This document shows, piece after piece, positions 55,078-64,000 of a stretch of DNA of 64,000 bases. The stretch is from Dehalococcoidia bacterium (lineage in GTDB: Bacteria; Chloroflexota; Dehalococcoidia; SHYB01). Position numbers and translations under genes: made by a program. The stretch lies in NCBI GenBank assembly GCA_965261455.1, contig OZ253453.1:3511372-3575371 (forward strand), in the 5' to 3' direction. The stretch's first letter is position 1. Each line of letters opens with the position of its first letter. The notes beneath the pieces are model-generated. The model had not been told where the DNA came from and did not search any database. It worked only from the letters and a program-made list of their open reading frames with translations.

Positions 55078-58000
55078 CTACTCGTAGCGGAGCGCCTCCG
55101 CCGGCGGGACGTTCGCCGCCTGCCGCGACGGCAGCCACGTCGTCGCGAACGTGAAGACGTAGGCGATGATGGCGATCAAGGCAACCCGAAGCCACGGTAT
55201 CGAGACCGCGAAATCGGGCTCGTTTGCTTTGATCGCCGGGCCGATCACGATGATGTTCTGCAAGAGCGACAAGACGATGCCCAGCCCGATGCCGGTGATC
55301 GCGATGAACGAGGACTCGAGCAGGAAACTGAGTTGCACCCGCCCTTTCGAGAACCCGATGGCGCGTAGGACGCCGATCTGCTGGCGGCGCTCGATCACGG
55401 CGCGGGCGCTGATGACGCCAAGCCCGGCGATACCGACGACCAGCCCCAGCCCCATGAAGGCCATTAAGAGCGTGTTGAAGGACGAATTGGCCGCCTGGCT
55501 GTTGTCAATCGCTTCCTGGATGTCGATGCTCTGGAGGCCGTATTCGAAAAAAGCCGATTCGATGCGCCGATCAGCGTTCTCCGTACCCGGGACCGTCTCG
55601 AACCAGACCCTCGTGATGTCGATCTCCCGCCCCACCTGCCCGGTCAGGAATTCGGTGGAGGCGTACATGCCGGAAGGTAGGAAGAACTGTGGGTCCGAGG
55701 CGATGCCGTCTATGACGCCGATGACTGTTACCTCGAAGGTGCGTGCGCTGTCGAGGTCAAGGATAGTGACCGGTACGGGATCCATGACCTCGTTCTCAAC
55801 AAACAGACCCTCGACGTCCTCCAGGGAGAAACCCTCAGCGACGTTGAAGCCGAAATTCGCTCGCGTGGGGACTTGCTGGGCGTTGATGACCGCCACACCG
55901 GGCCGCTCCTCCAAGGCCCGCCAGACCGCCTCGGCATCGAAGCCGTCGCCGGTGCGGAACTCGGCCGTCGCGAGCGTGATCCTGAAGTCGTTGGTGCGCA
56001 CGAAGTCCGGGTCTACCGCCGTAATCAGGGTGGCGCCATAGGCGTCGTCGGCCTGCGCGGGCAACTTAGCCTCCGCGTCGCCGATGGTTCTGAACACGCC
56101 GACGGCGGGCCCCTCGGTATCCCGTACGACGAAGTCCAACTCGTGGTCCGCTTCCACGATCGGTGCCACGTCCCGGATCGGGTTCAAGTCGCCGAGGGCA
56201 GCGCCGACCACGTCGTAGCCGCCGGCCAGCCGCTGCTGGTTTTCGATGATGCCGCCGAAGCTGTTGTTGATCACGGAGACCGAGGTCACTGAAAGGACGA
56301 CCACGGCGAACATGGTGATGGAGAGGCCGGTGCGGAAGCCGTTTCGCAGCGGGTAGGCCACCGCCGACTTGATGACCGGCGCGAGGCCAAGGAAGCGGCC
56401 GGCGAGCCATGACGCCCCCGCCTGTACGTAGGCCGTGTTGTTCATGATGACCATGATCGCGCCGGCGACGAGCACAAAGCTGCTGATGATGAAGATGGAG
56501 AAGTCGATCTGCCAGTCGTCTCGCAGCCGCTCGGTGAACCAGGGGTGCCGCAGCGGAAGGTAGAACACGATCAGCCACAGGCCCACGACGGTCATGAGGA
56601 GCCGCTGGGAAACGCCGAAGAAGCGGAGTGCGAAGGCGACGCCCATCGGCAGCAGAGCTCCGCCGAGCAGGAACGGCGTGGTTTGGCCGGCGTTAAAGCC
56701 GCTGAAGAGCAACAAGAAGCCGACCAGGGCAAGGATCGTGCCCCAGACTAGCCTGCCGACGCCGCCGCGCGCCCGCTCCGGTTCGGGAAGGTCGCGGATC
56801 GCCCGCACGATGTTGAGCCGGCTCACGCGCAGCGACGCGAAGCCGACGGTGATGAAGGTGACGATGCTTCCCAAGAAGAAAGAGACGAGCAGGCTGCGGA
56901 GCGTGATCGTCGGCGTGAGTGTGATATCGCCGGAGGGAGAGGCTTGGGCGAAGGCCGCGGATGTACCGATCACGAGGAGCGCCCCGATGCCCGCGCCAAT
57001 CAGCGTCCCGACGATGGCCGAGCCGATGCTGTAGATCGCGCCTTCGGCGATGAACATCTGCACGAGCTGGCTCCGGCGCATCCCGATGGCGCGGGACATG
57101 CCCATCTCCGGTTTCCGCTCCGCCGCCAGCATCTGGAAGATAAGGAAGATGAGCAGTATCCCCACGCATACGGAGAAGAGGCCGAAGAGCGTGAAGAAGG
57201 TCACGAAGAGCGAGCCGACCAGGTTGGCAAATTCGATGAAATCCTGCTTGAGCGGCGTGAGTTCAAGGCCGTTTTCCCGAAGGAGAGGATGATCGGCCAG
57301 GCGTTCCTGAATCTCCGCGGTGAGGCCGATGCCCTCGTCCCCTTCGCCCAGGTTCGAGACCATGATCGCGCTGATCAGGCCCTCTTTCCCCGTCACCTCT
57401 TGGGCGTGGGCCAACGACGTCATCAGCACGACCCGGTGCTCAACCTGCTTCACGTAGTGGGCCTCGGCGATCGCCTTGACAGAGAACTGTCTTATCTGTC
57501 CGGGGCCTACCGGAATGCCGACGAGGTCGCCGGCTTCGACGCTGATCTCCTCGGCCCCGTCTCGGTCGATATAGACCTCATCGGGCGCCAAGGCACCGAG
57601 GTCGACCACCTGGCCGTCTACGGTCTCTAGGGGGTCAAAGGCACGGGCAGCCTGGGGATCCAGGCCGGTCAGCACCGCCGAGATCTCGAAGAGTCGGTCG
57701 TCGAGGTTCACGACCGCGACGTCCTCGAAGAGGATCGGCGCCACCCCGTCGATCGCGGGGTCGGCATTGAGGAGCGGGACGACTTCGGTGACCAACCGCT
57801 CGTCGATGTCCTCGGCGACGGGCACGAGCGCATCGAGGTCGTCGTCGTGGACTGTCACCAGTTGGTCGAGGTTCCGCAGATCCTCCGTCGCCACCCGCTC
57901 GATGCTGGCGGTGACGGAGTCGCCGGTGGTGAAGGCGCTCGATATCGTGACCGTGGCCATCATCAGCCCGGCGATGACAAGCGCGGTCTGCGCCTTGCGA

Positions 58001-58140
58001 CGGGGGATGTTGCGGGCCGCCATCCTCACCAGCAGCGGATTGCGGACGAAGATGTACAGGAGCGCGGCGAACACAACGAAGAACATGACCGCCAAGACGC
58101 TGGCGACCACGCTCATCGGCGCGCCGAATAGCTCCTCCAT
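55078..58140 (-). CDS. ABC-transporter permease with duplicated FtsX-like domains (MacB/YbbP-like)
   Basis: 1020 aa, two 4-TM FtsX-type modules separated by large extracytoplasmic regions. Confidence 0.65.
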   Translation of the reverse strand: MEELFGAPMSVVASVLAVMFFVVFAALLYIFVRNPLLVRMAARNIPRRKAQTALVIAGLMMATVTISSAFTTGDSVTASIERVATEDLRNLDQLVTVHDDDLDALVPVAEDIDERLVTEVVPLLNADPAIDGVAPILFEDVAVVNLDDRLFEISAVLTGLDPQAARAFDPLETVDGQVVDLGALAPDEVYIDRDGAEEISVEAGDLVGIPVGPGQIRQFSVKAIAEAHYVKQVEHRVVLMTSLAHAQEVTGKEGLISAIMVSNLGEGDEGIGLTAEIQERLADHPLLRENGLELTPLKQDFIEFANLVGSLFVTFFTLFGLFSVCVGILLIFLIFQMLAAERKPEMGMSRAIGMRRSQLVQMFIAEGAIYSIGSAIVGTLIGAGIGALLVIGTSAAFAQASPSGDITLTPTITLRSLLVSFFLGSIVTFITVGFASLRVSRLNIVRAIRDLPEPERARGGVGRLVWGTILALVGFLLLFSGFNAGQTTPFLLGGALLPMGVAFALRFFGVSQRLLMTVVGLWLIVFYLPLRHPWFTERLRDDWQIDFSIFIISSFVLVAGAIMVIMNNTAYVQAGASWLAGRFLGLAPVIKSAVAYPLRNGFRTGLSITMFAVVVLSVTSVSVINNSFGGIIENQQRLAGGYDVVGAALGDLNPIRDVAPIVEADHELDFVVRDTEGPAVGVFRTIGDAEAKLPAQADDAYGATLITAVDPDFVRTNDFRITLATAEFRTGDGFDAEAVWRALEERPGVAVINAQQVPTRANFGFNVAEGFSLEDVEGLFVENEVMDPVPVTILDLDSARTFEVTVIGVIDGIASDPQFFLPSGMYASTEFLTGQVGREIDITRVWFETVPGTENADRRIESAFFEYGLQSIDIQEAIDNSQAANSSFNTLLMAFMGLGLVVGIAGLGVISARAVIERRQQIGVLRAIGFSKGRVQLSFLLESSFIAITGIGLGIVLSLLQNIIVIGPAIKANEPDFAVSIPWLRVALIAIIAYVFTFATTWLPSRQAANVPPAEALRYE

Positions 58141-58326
58141 CGATCGCTCCCTCTGCTCTCAGCGGTGGGGGGCCGCACGCGAAACCCCTCAGTCGACCGA
58201 GGGGCTTCCACAGGCTACGCGGCCCGCCGGGACATCCGCTCCGGCAAGCGCATTCAAGGATACCATGAGGCCTCGGCGGCGCTTTCGGCGCCGCTGACGC
58301 CTACCCCGGGGAGTTGTACTTTCGGG

Positions 58327-59115
58327 TCAGCCTGGGCGGAACTGCTTCATGATCTGTTCGTGGGCGGCGATCATGTGGCCGCCGTCGACGTAGAGCGTGA
58401 CGCCGGTGATGAAGTCGGCATCGTCGGAGGCGAGAAAGACGGCGGCCTTGCCGATGTCGTCGGGCTGGCCGACGCGGCCCCACGGTATCTTTACTGCCAC
58501 CCCCGCTTCCCACAGGGGGCTGTCCATCAGGTGGCGGGTGATCTCCGTCTCGCAGATGCCGGGGCCGATGCAGTTGACGCGGATGCGGTGCTCGGCGAGG
58601 GCAAGGGCTGTGGACTGAGTGAGCATCTTCAGCCCGGCCTTCGAGGCGTTGTAGTGGGGGTTGTGGGGGTAGGGCATCGTGTCGTCGACGGAGCTGATGT
58701 TGATCACCGCGCCGCCGCGCCCTTCTTCGACCCAGTAGCGGGCCGCCTCCTGCGTGCCCATGAAGGCGGACTTGAGGTTGGTGTCCATCACGAAGTCCCA
58801 TGCCTCGTCGGTCAGTTCGAGGAACGGCATACCTCGCGACACCCCGGCGTTGTTCACCAGGATGTCCAGACCGCCCAGCTCGCGGACGGCGTCGCGGACC
58901 ATCCGCGTGTTGTCGGCGCGCTGGGAGACGTCGACTTCGATTGCGGCGGCGGAGGCGCCGGTTTCTCGCACGGCCTCGGCGGCGCGCTGGGCGCGGCCGG
59001 GATCGATGTCGGCGATGGCGATGCTTGCGCCGGCGCGGGCCATCTCAAGGGCGATGCCACGCCCGATGCCCACGCCGCCGCCGGTGACGAGCGCTACGCG
59101 GCCTTCGAGTTTCAT
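58327..59115 (-). CDS. SDR-family oxidoreductase
   Basis: VTGGGVGIGRG and YNASKAGL. Confidence 0.8.
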   Translation of the reverse strand: MKLEGRVALVTGGGVGIGRGIALEMARAGASIAIADIDPGRAQRAAEAVRETGASAAAIEVDVSQRADNTRMVRDAVRELGGLDILVNNAGVSRGMPFLELTDEAWDFVMDTNLKSAFMGTQEAARYWVEEGRGGAVINISSVDDTMPYPHNPHYNASKAGLKMLTQSTALALAEHRIRVNCIGPGICETEITRHLMDSPLWEAGVAVKIPWGRVGQPDDIGKAAVFLASDDADFITGVTLYVDGGHMIAAHEQIMKQFRPG

Positions 59116-59125
59116 GGGTGAGGCC

Positions 59126-60280
59126 CTAGTCGTAGAACTTGTAGAAGCGGACGGGATTGTCCCACAGGATCTTGCGGCGGAACTCAGGCGTGATCTCGTC
59201 GTTCTCGAAGAGGCCGCCGACGGTGTCGGGGAAGTGCTCCATGTCGTCCGGGTGTGGGTAGTCGGAGGCCCACATCAAGCAGTCCTCGCCGACCAGACGG
59301 GCGAGCATGGGGATAGTCTCCTCGCGGGACTCGCAGGAGAGGTAGCAGCGGCCTAGGTGGAAGTAGTCGGAGGGGCGCTCCTTGCCCTCGTAGCCGTCGC
59401 GGAAGATGGGGTTGTCGTACATAACGTCCAGGCGTTCCAGCCAGTAGGGGAGCCAGCCGCTGCCCGATTCCAGGAAGGCGGCGCGGAACTTGGGGAAGCG
59501 ATCGAAGACGCCGTCGGAGGCGAGGGCGAGGAAGGAGCCCATCTGCTCCATGGGGTGACTCGTCGCGTGGCGGGTGAACTGGTTGCCGTTGCGACCGCGC
59601 GCGAAGTAGGGGAGAAGCTCCTGTTGGCCTTCGTGGGAGCACATCGGCACGTCTAGATCTTCGCAGGCGGCGAAGAGCGGGTCGTAGTCGGTGTGGGAGA
59701 CACGCCGCCCCAGCACGGGATTGGGCCGCCAAAAAATGCCGGCCATGTCGAGTTCCTTGACCGCGCGCGCGAGCTCTTGGACCGTAAGCTCGACGTCTTG
59801 GAACGGTAGAAGGCAGACGCCCTTCATCCGCGCGGGGTCCTCGGCGCAATAGTCGCGCAGCCAGTTGTTATAGGCGCGGCACATCGCCGCGGCCAGGCCG
59901 GGGTCGATGTCGTCCCGGTACGTGGCGTAGAGGCCGATGCTGGTGAAGAGCACCGCCATGTCGACGTCCTCGCGCTCCATGTCGTCGATATACGCGACGC
60001 TGTCGAACTTGCGGAACAGCGAGTGCTTGAACTTGCTGCGCCACATGGGGTTGCGGTCCATGCCTAGGTGGGGAGTCTGGGGGCCGCCGCTATCGGGCGG
60101 CGTGATTCCGGCGGTGCCCACGCGGCTCGACGCGACGGAATCGATCGTGGTGCCGAAGGTGAACCATCCCGGAGTCTTCACGTTGTGGTGCCGGTAGGCG
60201 GGCTCCAGGTAGTTGTCCCAGATGTCCCCGGGCTCCATCACGTGGCGGTCGCAGTCGAGAATCTTGACGCTGTCCCTCAT
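59126..60280 (-). CDS. amidohydrolase-2 family protein (ACMSD-like metal-dependent hydrolase/decarboxylase)
   Basis: ILDCDRHVMEPGDIW... start and overall amidohydrolase-2-like pattern; paralog at 61212. Confidence 0.6.
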   Translation of the reverse strand: MRDSVKILDCDRHVMEPGDIWDNYLEPAYRHHNVKTPGWFTFGTTIDSVASSRVGTAGITPPDSGGPQTPHLGMDRNPMWRSKFKHSLFRKFDSVAYIDDMEREDVDMAVLFTSIGLYATYRDDIDPGLAAAMCRAYNNWLRDYCAEDPARMKGVCLLPFQDVELTVQELARAVKELDMAGIFWRPNPVLGRRVSHTDYDPLFAACEDLDVPMCSHEGQQELLPYFARGRNGNQFTRHATSHPMEQMGSFLALASDGVFDRFPKFRAAFLESGSGWLPYWLERLDVMYDNPIFRDGYEGKERPSDYFHLGRCYLSCESREETIPMLARLVGEDCLMWASDYPHPDDMEHFPDTVGGLFENDEITPEFRRKILWDNPVRFYKFYD

Positions 60281-60426
60281 CGCCTCCGCCTCCTGCGTGC
60301 GGGCTCGCCGTTCGCGGCCAACGAGGCGCCGCGCGGCTTCCCTCGCCGGGGATGCTACGGACGGCGGCTCGCGCGTGTCAACCCAACGGGAGGCCGGACT
60401 GGGCTGGACGGCATCGGGACGGCTCG

Positions 60427-60460
60427 CTAATATGACTAGGTCATGACCAGGTCATATTAG
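60427..60460. promoter_or_regulatory. candidate TA operator: CTAATATGAC-tag-GTCATGAC-cag-GTCATATTAG
   Basis: 10-bp perfect outer inverted repeat plus a central palindrome GTCATGAC, i.e. three TATGAC/GTCATA half-site pairs, ending 10 nt upstream of the antitoxin ATG. Confidence 0.45.
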
Positions 60461-60469
60461 GGTAGACGG

Positions 60470-60697
60470 ATGAAAACCATTACGGCGTCTGAATTCAAGG
60501 CGAAATGCCTCAAGATCATGGACGAGGTGGCCGCCACGGGTGAACGGGTCGAGATCACCAAGAACGGCGTGCCGGTGGCCAAACTCATTCCGGCCCGGCC
60601 CAAGCCGGAAAGCCTCTATGGGGCGCTCAAGGACTCAATGGTCATCCTCGGCGACATCGAGAAACCCATCGACGTTGAATGGGACGCCATGAAGTGA
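60470..60697 (+). CDS. type II antitoxin, Phd/YefM-like
   Basis: 75-aa protein MKTITASEFKAKCLKIMDEV...; immediately precedes and overlaps the VapC-like gene. Confidence 0.6.
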   Translation: MKTITASEFKAKCLKIMDEVAATGERVEITKNGVPVAKLIPARPKPESLYGALKDSMVILGDIEKPIDVEWDAMK

Positions 60698-61101
60698 CGC
60701 CGGTAGTCCTGGATACGCATGTATTGGTCTGGCTGTTGATGCAGGACACTCGCCTTGGCACTGCCGCGCGGCGGCTGGCGGACGAGGCCCTTACGGAGGA
60801 GTCGCTCCTGGTGTCGGCGATGTCCTTCTGGGAGGTCGCCATGCTGGTCCAAAAGGGACGCCTCGATGTGGGTGGCCCGGTAGGCGCGTGGCGGCGGTTC
60901 GTGTTGGAGCGCGGGGTCGAGGAGGTCGCGGTCTCGGGAGACGTTGCGGTCTTGTCCGTCAATCTCGAAGGGCTGCCGTCCGATCCCGCTGACCGGATCA
61001 TTGCCGCGACCGCATTGGCGCGGCGAGGAACGCTGCTGACCGCCGACAAATGGATGCTGAAATGGTCTGGTGGCCTGAGCTTGCGTGACGCCCGACTCTG
61101 A
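60694..61101 (+). CDS. vapC: PIN-domain toxin (VapC family)
   Basis: VVLDTHVLVWLL...D...SAMSFWEV...IIAATAL PIN acidic residues; probable GTG start at 60694 overlapping the antitoxin stop by 4 nt (the listed ORF starts at 60679). Confidence 0.7.
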   Translation: MTPVVLDTHVLVWLLMQDTRLGTAARRLADEALTEESLLVSAMSFWEVAMLVQKGRLDVGGPVGAWRRFVLERGVEEVAVSGDVAVLSVNLEGLPSDPADRIIAATALARRGTLLTADKWMLKWSGGLSLRDARL

Positions 61102-61211
61102 GCCCGCCGCGCGGGAGACTTGACCCGCAAACGCCGCCCCTCTACCGTTCACGCTGCTTTGCGTGAGGACTACGACCGTGGGCCTCGTCCCGCGGCACAT
61201 GGAGGTCGGCA

Positions 61212-62300
61212 GTGAAGGGACAGTTCAAGGTGTTCGATGCGGCGAGGCACGTCGTCGAGCCGGCGGACCTTTGGGAGAGCCGGATCGGGCCCGCCTATGC
61301 GGGCGCCGTCGAGGTACGCCGCGACGGTGGCTCGGTCACGGTCCGGGGACGTCCGACGACGACGCCGCGCCCCGACGTGATGGCGCATCCCCACTACCAA
61401 GATGCGTACCGCGCCGCCATCGCCGCGGACTTCAGCCCCGAGTCGTGTTTGGCCGACATGGACCGCGAGGGCATCGACGCGTCGCTACTCTTGCCCACGT
61501 TTGGCATGTATGCGATCTGGGCCGATCACGTCGACGGCGACCTTTCGTCGGCGATCTGCCGCGCCTATAACGATTGGCTTCACGACTACTGCGGCGCCGA
61601 CCGCGAACGGTTGAAGGCGGTAGCGCTGCTCCCGCAGCAGGATCCCGAGGCCGCGGCCGTCGAGCTTCGCCGCGCCGTGGGCAAGGGCTTCGTCGCCGGC
61701 TTCATGCGGCCCAACCAGCTTGTCGGGCGCCGTCCGCACGACGCCGCCTACGATCCGCTCTACGCCGAGGCGGCGTCGCTTGGAGTCCCGCTGGTGCTCT
61801 GCGAGATGGGCGGCTCGGTGCTCCATCAGCTCGGGACCGACCGTTTCGAGGGCTTCTTCAGCCGGGAGGCCGTCCTAGACCCCTACGAGATGATGCTGGT
61901 CTTCATGTCGTTCATGGGGCACAACGTGTTGGAGCGCTTCCCCGGCCTCAACGTCGGCTACCTCGGCGCGGGTGTCGGCTGGCTCCCCTACTGGCTCGAC
62001 CGTGTCGACGAGCACTGGGGCGGCTTCTTCGGCGTCGACGCGCCGAGCACCCAGGCTCCGAGCCTGATGTTCAAGTCGCAGGGCTTTGCCGCCGCCGACC
62101 CCTGGGAACGGACGCTGCCCGAGGTGATCGAAGAGTGCGGCGAGCATACCATCGTGTGGGGCAGCCAGTACCCTCGCCCGGAGCTCGCCGGACTCTTCCC
62201 CAACGAGCTCGACACTGTGGTCAACGACGCCCTGCTCACCGACGGGCAGAAACAGGCCGTGCTCTGGGATAACGCGGCCCGCCTGTTCAAGTTGGGCTGA
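61212..62300 (+). CDS. amidohydrolase-2 family protein (paralog of 59126-60280)
   Basis: Similar motif order (FKVFDAARHVVEPADLWE...). Confidence 0.6.
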   Translation: MKGQFKVFDAARHVVEPADLWESRIGPAYAGAVEVRRDGGSVTVRGRPTTTPRPDVMAHPHYQDAYRAAIAADFSPESCLADMDREGIDASLLLPTFGMYAIWADHVDGDLSSAICRAYNDWLHDYCGADRERLKAVALLPQQDPEAAAVELRRAVGKGFVAGFMRPNQLVGRRPHDAAYDPLYAEAASLGVPLVLCEMGGSVLHQLGTDRFEGFFSREAVLDPYEMMLVFMSFMGHNVLERFPGLNVGYLGAGVGWLPYWLDRVDEHWGGFFGVDAPSTQAPSLMFKSQGFAAADPWERTLPEVIEECGEHTIVWGSQYPRPELAGLFPNELDTVVNDALLTDGQKQAVLWDNAARLFKLG

Positions 62301-62360
62301 AGGCCGCCCGCGCCACGCGCCGAATTCTGCGATAATGCACCGCGCCGCGTCCGCGGCCCC

Positions 62361-63122
62361 ATGGAGGTTTGCATGAAATTTGCACGGTATTTTGCCCACG
62401 GAGAGACTGCTTACGGCGTCGTGGAAGGCGACCGCGTGCGCCAGATCACGACGACGCCGTTCGAGGAATACGAGGTCACCGACCACGAGCACGGCCTCGA
62501 CGAAGTGCGCTTGCTCGCGCCCCTCGAGCCCCGCAAGGTGATGGCGATCGCGCTCAACTACGAATCGCACCTCGCCAACTGGAAGGCGCCCACGCAGCCC
62601 GAGCCGTTCTTCAAGAACCCGACGTCAGTCATCGGGCCCGACGACACGATCGTGCTCCCGCCCGATTCGGGGAAAGTGGACGCCGAGGGCGAGCTCGTTG
62701 TCGTCATGGGCCGGCGAGCCAAGGCCGTCGCGAAAGAGTCGGCGTTGGACTACGTGCTGGGCTACACCTGCGGCAACGACGTGAGCGCGCGCCCCTGGCA
62801 GAGCAATGACATCCAGTGGTGGCGGGGCAAGGGCTGTGACACCTTCGCGCCCCTCGGCCCCTTCATCACCACGGGCCTCGACCCCACGAAGCTCGAGGTG
62901 CGCACCCGCGTAAATGGTGAGGAAAAGCAGGCATCGAGCGTAAGTCTGCTGCTGTTCGACATACCCACCATCATCAGCTTCATTAGCCAGGCGGTGACGC
63001 TGGATCCCGGCGACGTGATCTACAGCGGCACGCCGGGGATTCCGCCGCAGATGCACCCGGGCGATGTCGTCGAGGTCGAAGTGACCGATGTCGGCGTGCT
63101 GCGCAACACCGTGACCGGCTAG
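62361..63122 (+). CDS. fumarylacetoacetate hydrolase (FAH) family protein
   Basis: EGELVVVMGRRAK, GYTCGNDVSAR and FDIP motifs of FAH-fold hydratase/hydrolase proteins. Confidence 0.75.
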   Translation: MEVCMKFARYFAHGETAYGVVEGDRVRQITTTPFEEYEVTDHEHGLDEVRLLAPLEPRKVMAIALNYESHLANWKAPTQPEPFFKNPTSVIGPDDTIVLPPDSGKVDAEGELVVVMGRRAKAVAKESALDYVLGYTCGNDVSARPWQSNDIQWWRGKGCDTFAPLGPFITTGLDPTKLEVRTRVNGEEKQASSVSLLLFDIPTIISFISQAVTLDPGDVIYSGTPGIPPQMHPGDVVEVEVTDVGVLRNTVTG

Positions 63123-63170
63123 ACGCGCCGTCCGCATGCAAGGCCGTCGATCGCTCAAGGGAGATACGCC

Positions 63171-64000
63171 ATGTCGGACAGACCCATAGCGGCCATGGAC
63201 TTCATCGACGCCGCGAAGGCGTCGACGCCGGACGCGACGATACTGCGCGACGCGGGCGTCGAGGTCCGCGGTGAGCGGTGCGTGACCGAGGACGACGTCA
63301 TCCGCGTCGCGGCGGAAGCCGACGTGCTCCTCGACGGGATGGGCCCGATCACGCGGCGCGTACTCTCGTCGCTGCCCGACTGCAAGGTGGTGGTGCGCTA
63401 CGGGGTCGGCGTGGACAACGTGGACCTGGACGCGGCCACGGACGAGGGCATCACCGTCGTCAACGTGCCCGACTATTGCGTGGAAGAGGTCTCGAACCAC
63501 GTGATCACCTTCCTGCTGGCCTGGGCGAAGCAGCTGGCGCCGCTCGACCGGTGCGTCCGCAGCGGGGAGTGGGCGGAGCAGAAGCGCTGGCCGATGGAGA
63601 ACGTACAATCGGTGCACCAACAGACGCTGGGCGTGATCGGTGCGGGCCGCATCGGGCTTGCCGCCGCGCGCAAGGCCAAGGCCCTTTCTATGGAAGTGCT
63701 GGTGTTCGACCCCTACGTGGACGAGCAGGCGCTTGCCGCTGAGGGCCTAGTGCCCGCCAGCTTCGACCGTGTGCTCGCGGAGAGTGACTACGTGTCCGTT
63801 CACACGCCGCTGACGGAAGAGACGCGCCACATCATCGGGCGGGACGCGCTGCGTGCGATGAAGGAGACGGCGTTTCTGATTAACGTGTCGCGCGGCCCTA
63901 TCGTCGACGAGGCCGCGCTGATCGCCGCGCTCGAGGCAGGTGAGATCGCGGGGGCGGCGCTCGACGTGTTCGAGACGGAGCCGATTGGGGCCGATAACCC
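63171..64000 (+). CDS. D-isomer-specific 2-hydroxyacid dehydrogenase (NAD-binding), 3' end truncated by window edge
   Basis: GVIGAGRIGLAAARKA Rossmann motif, VSVHTPLTEETRHII, NVSRGPIVDE; AAGGGAGA RBS before the ATG at 63171. Confidence 0.75.
   Translation, partial: MSDRPIAAMDFIDAAKASTPDATILRDAGVEVRGERCVTEDDVIRVAAEADVLLDGMGPITRRVLSSLPDCKVVVRYGVGVDNVDLDAATDEGITVVNVPDYCVEEVSNHVITFLLAWAKQLAPLDRCVRSGEWAEQKRWPMENVQSVHQQTLGVIGAGRIGLAAARKAKALSMEVLVFDPYVDEQALAAEGLVPASFDRVLAESDYVSVHTPLTEETRHIIGRDALRAMKETAFLINVSRGPIVDEAALIAALEAGEIAGAALDVFETEPIGADN

Overview
This is a 64 kb window of high-GC (roughly 68-70% by eye) bacterial chromosome. Most of it is densely packed housekeeping and oxidoreductase genes. 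Several F420-type luciferase-like monooxygenases (LLM), many SDRs, amidohydrolase-2 and FAH genes, and an ImuB-DnaE2 cassette are consistent with a Chloroflexota (Thermomicrobia-like) or Actinomycetota genome; the taxonomy is a guess.

Recognisable genes, in order: bioA and bioB, an ASST-like beta-propeller gene, a VOC gene, fabF, pepN, LLM oxidoreductases, MFS transporters, a YgjP-like hydrolase, a 497-aa unknown protein, the imuB-dnaE2 mutasome cassette, two CaiB/BaiF CoA-transferases, an alpha/beta hydrolase, an MmeI-family type IIL restriction-modification enzyme, mtaB, gatB, secG, a DUF62 SAM hydroxide adenosyltransferase gene, ruvB, a tandem-fused pstS, a thioesterase, a class-IV aminotransferase, a CDF transporter, secD plus an unusually large secF, cca, def, an isochorismatase gene, a peroxiredoxin gene, tRNA-Gly(GCC), several SDR/LLM/amidohydrolase/FAH catabolic genes, a Phd/VapC toxin-antitoxin pair and an FtsX-type ABC permease.

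The non-routine signals are:
1. A peroxiredoxin gene with an in-frame TGA exactly at the peroxidatic-Cys position, which makes it a candidate selenoprotein.
2. Two ~500-bp inverted copies of a structured repeat element at 4116-4620 and 26270-26745. Each carries five ~60-bp units with GNRA-tetraloop hairpins and a TTGACAAG/CTTGTCAA palindrome, and the pair brackets ~22 kb that includes fabF, the mutasome cassette and the restriction-modification gene.
3. A displaced, diverged but frame-conserved copy of the fabF 3' end at 3753-4112, next to a phage small-terminase-like HTH gene. This looks like an att-type integration scar.
4. A perfect Cheo-type LexA box (CGAACATGTGTTCT) inside the copy at 4116-4620, and a 22-bp perfect palindrome over the imuB start.
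5. Five 11-bp-phased GTTAACA direct repeats (PhoP/PhoB-like boxes) upstream of a pstS that contains a ~98% nucleotide-identical internal tandem duplication.
6. A SecF with a ~550-aa periplasmic insertion.
7. A TATGAC/GTCATA operator palindrome upstream of the toxin-antitoxin pair.
8. A REP-like family (core TCTCCCCC-AGA-GGGGGAGA) at several loci, including a 2 x 228-bp tandem repeat.

No integrase, transposase, cas genes or rRNA were seen. Coordinates I derived myself may be off by a few nucleotides.
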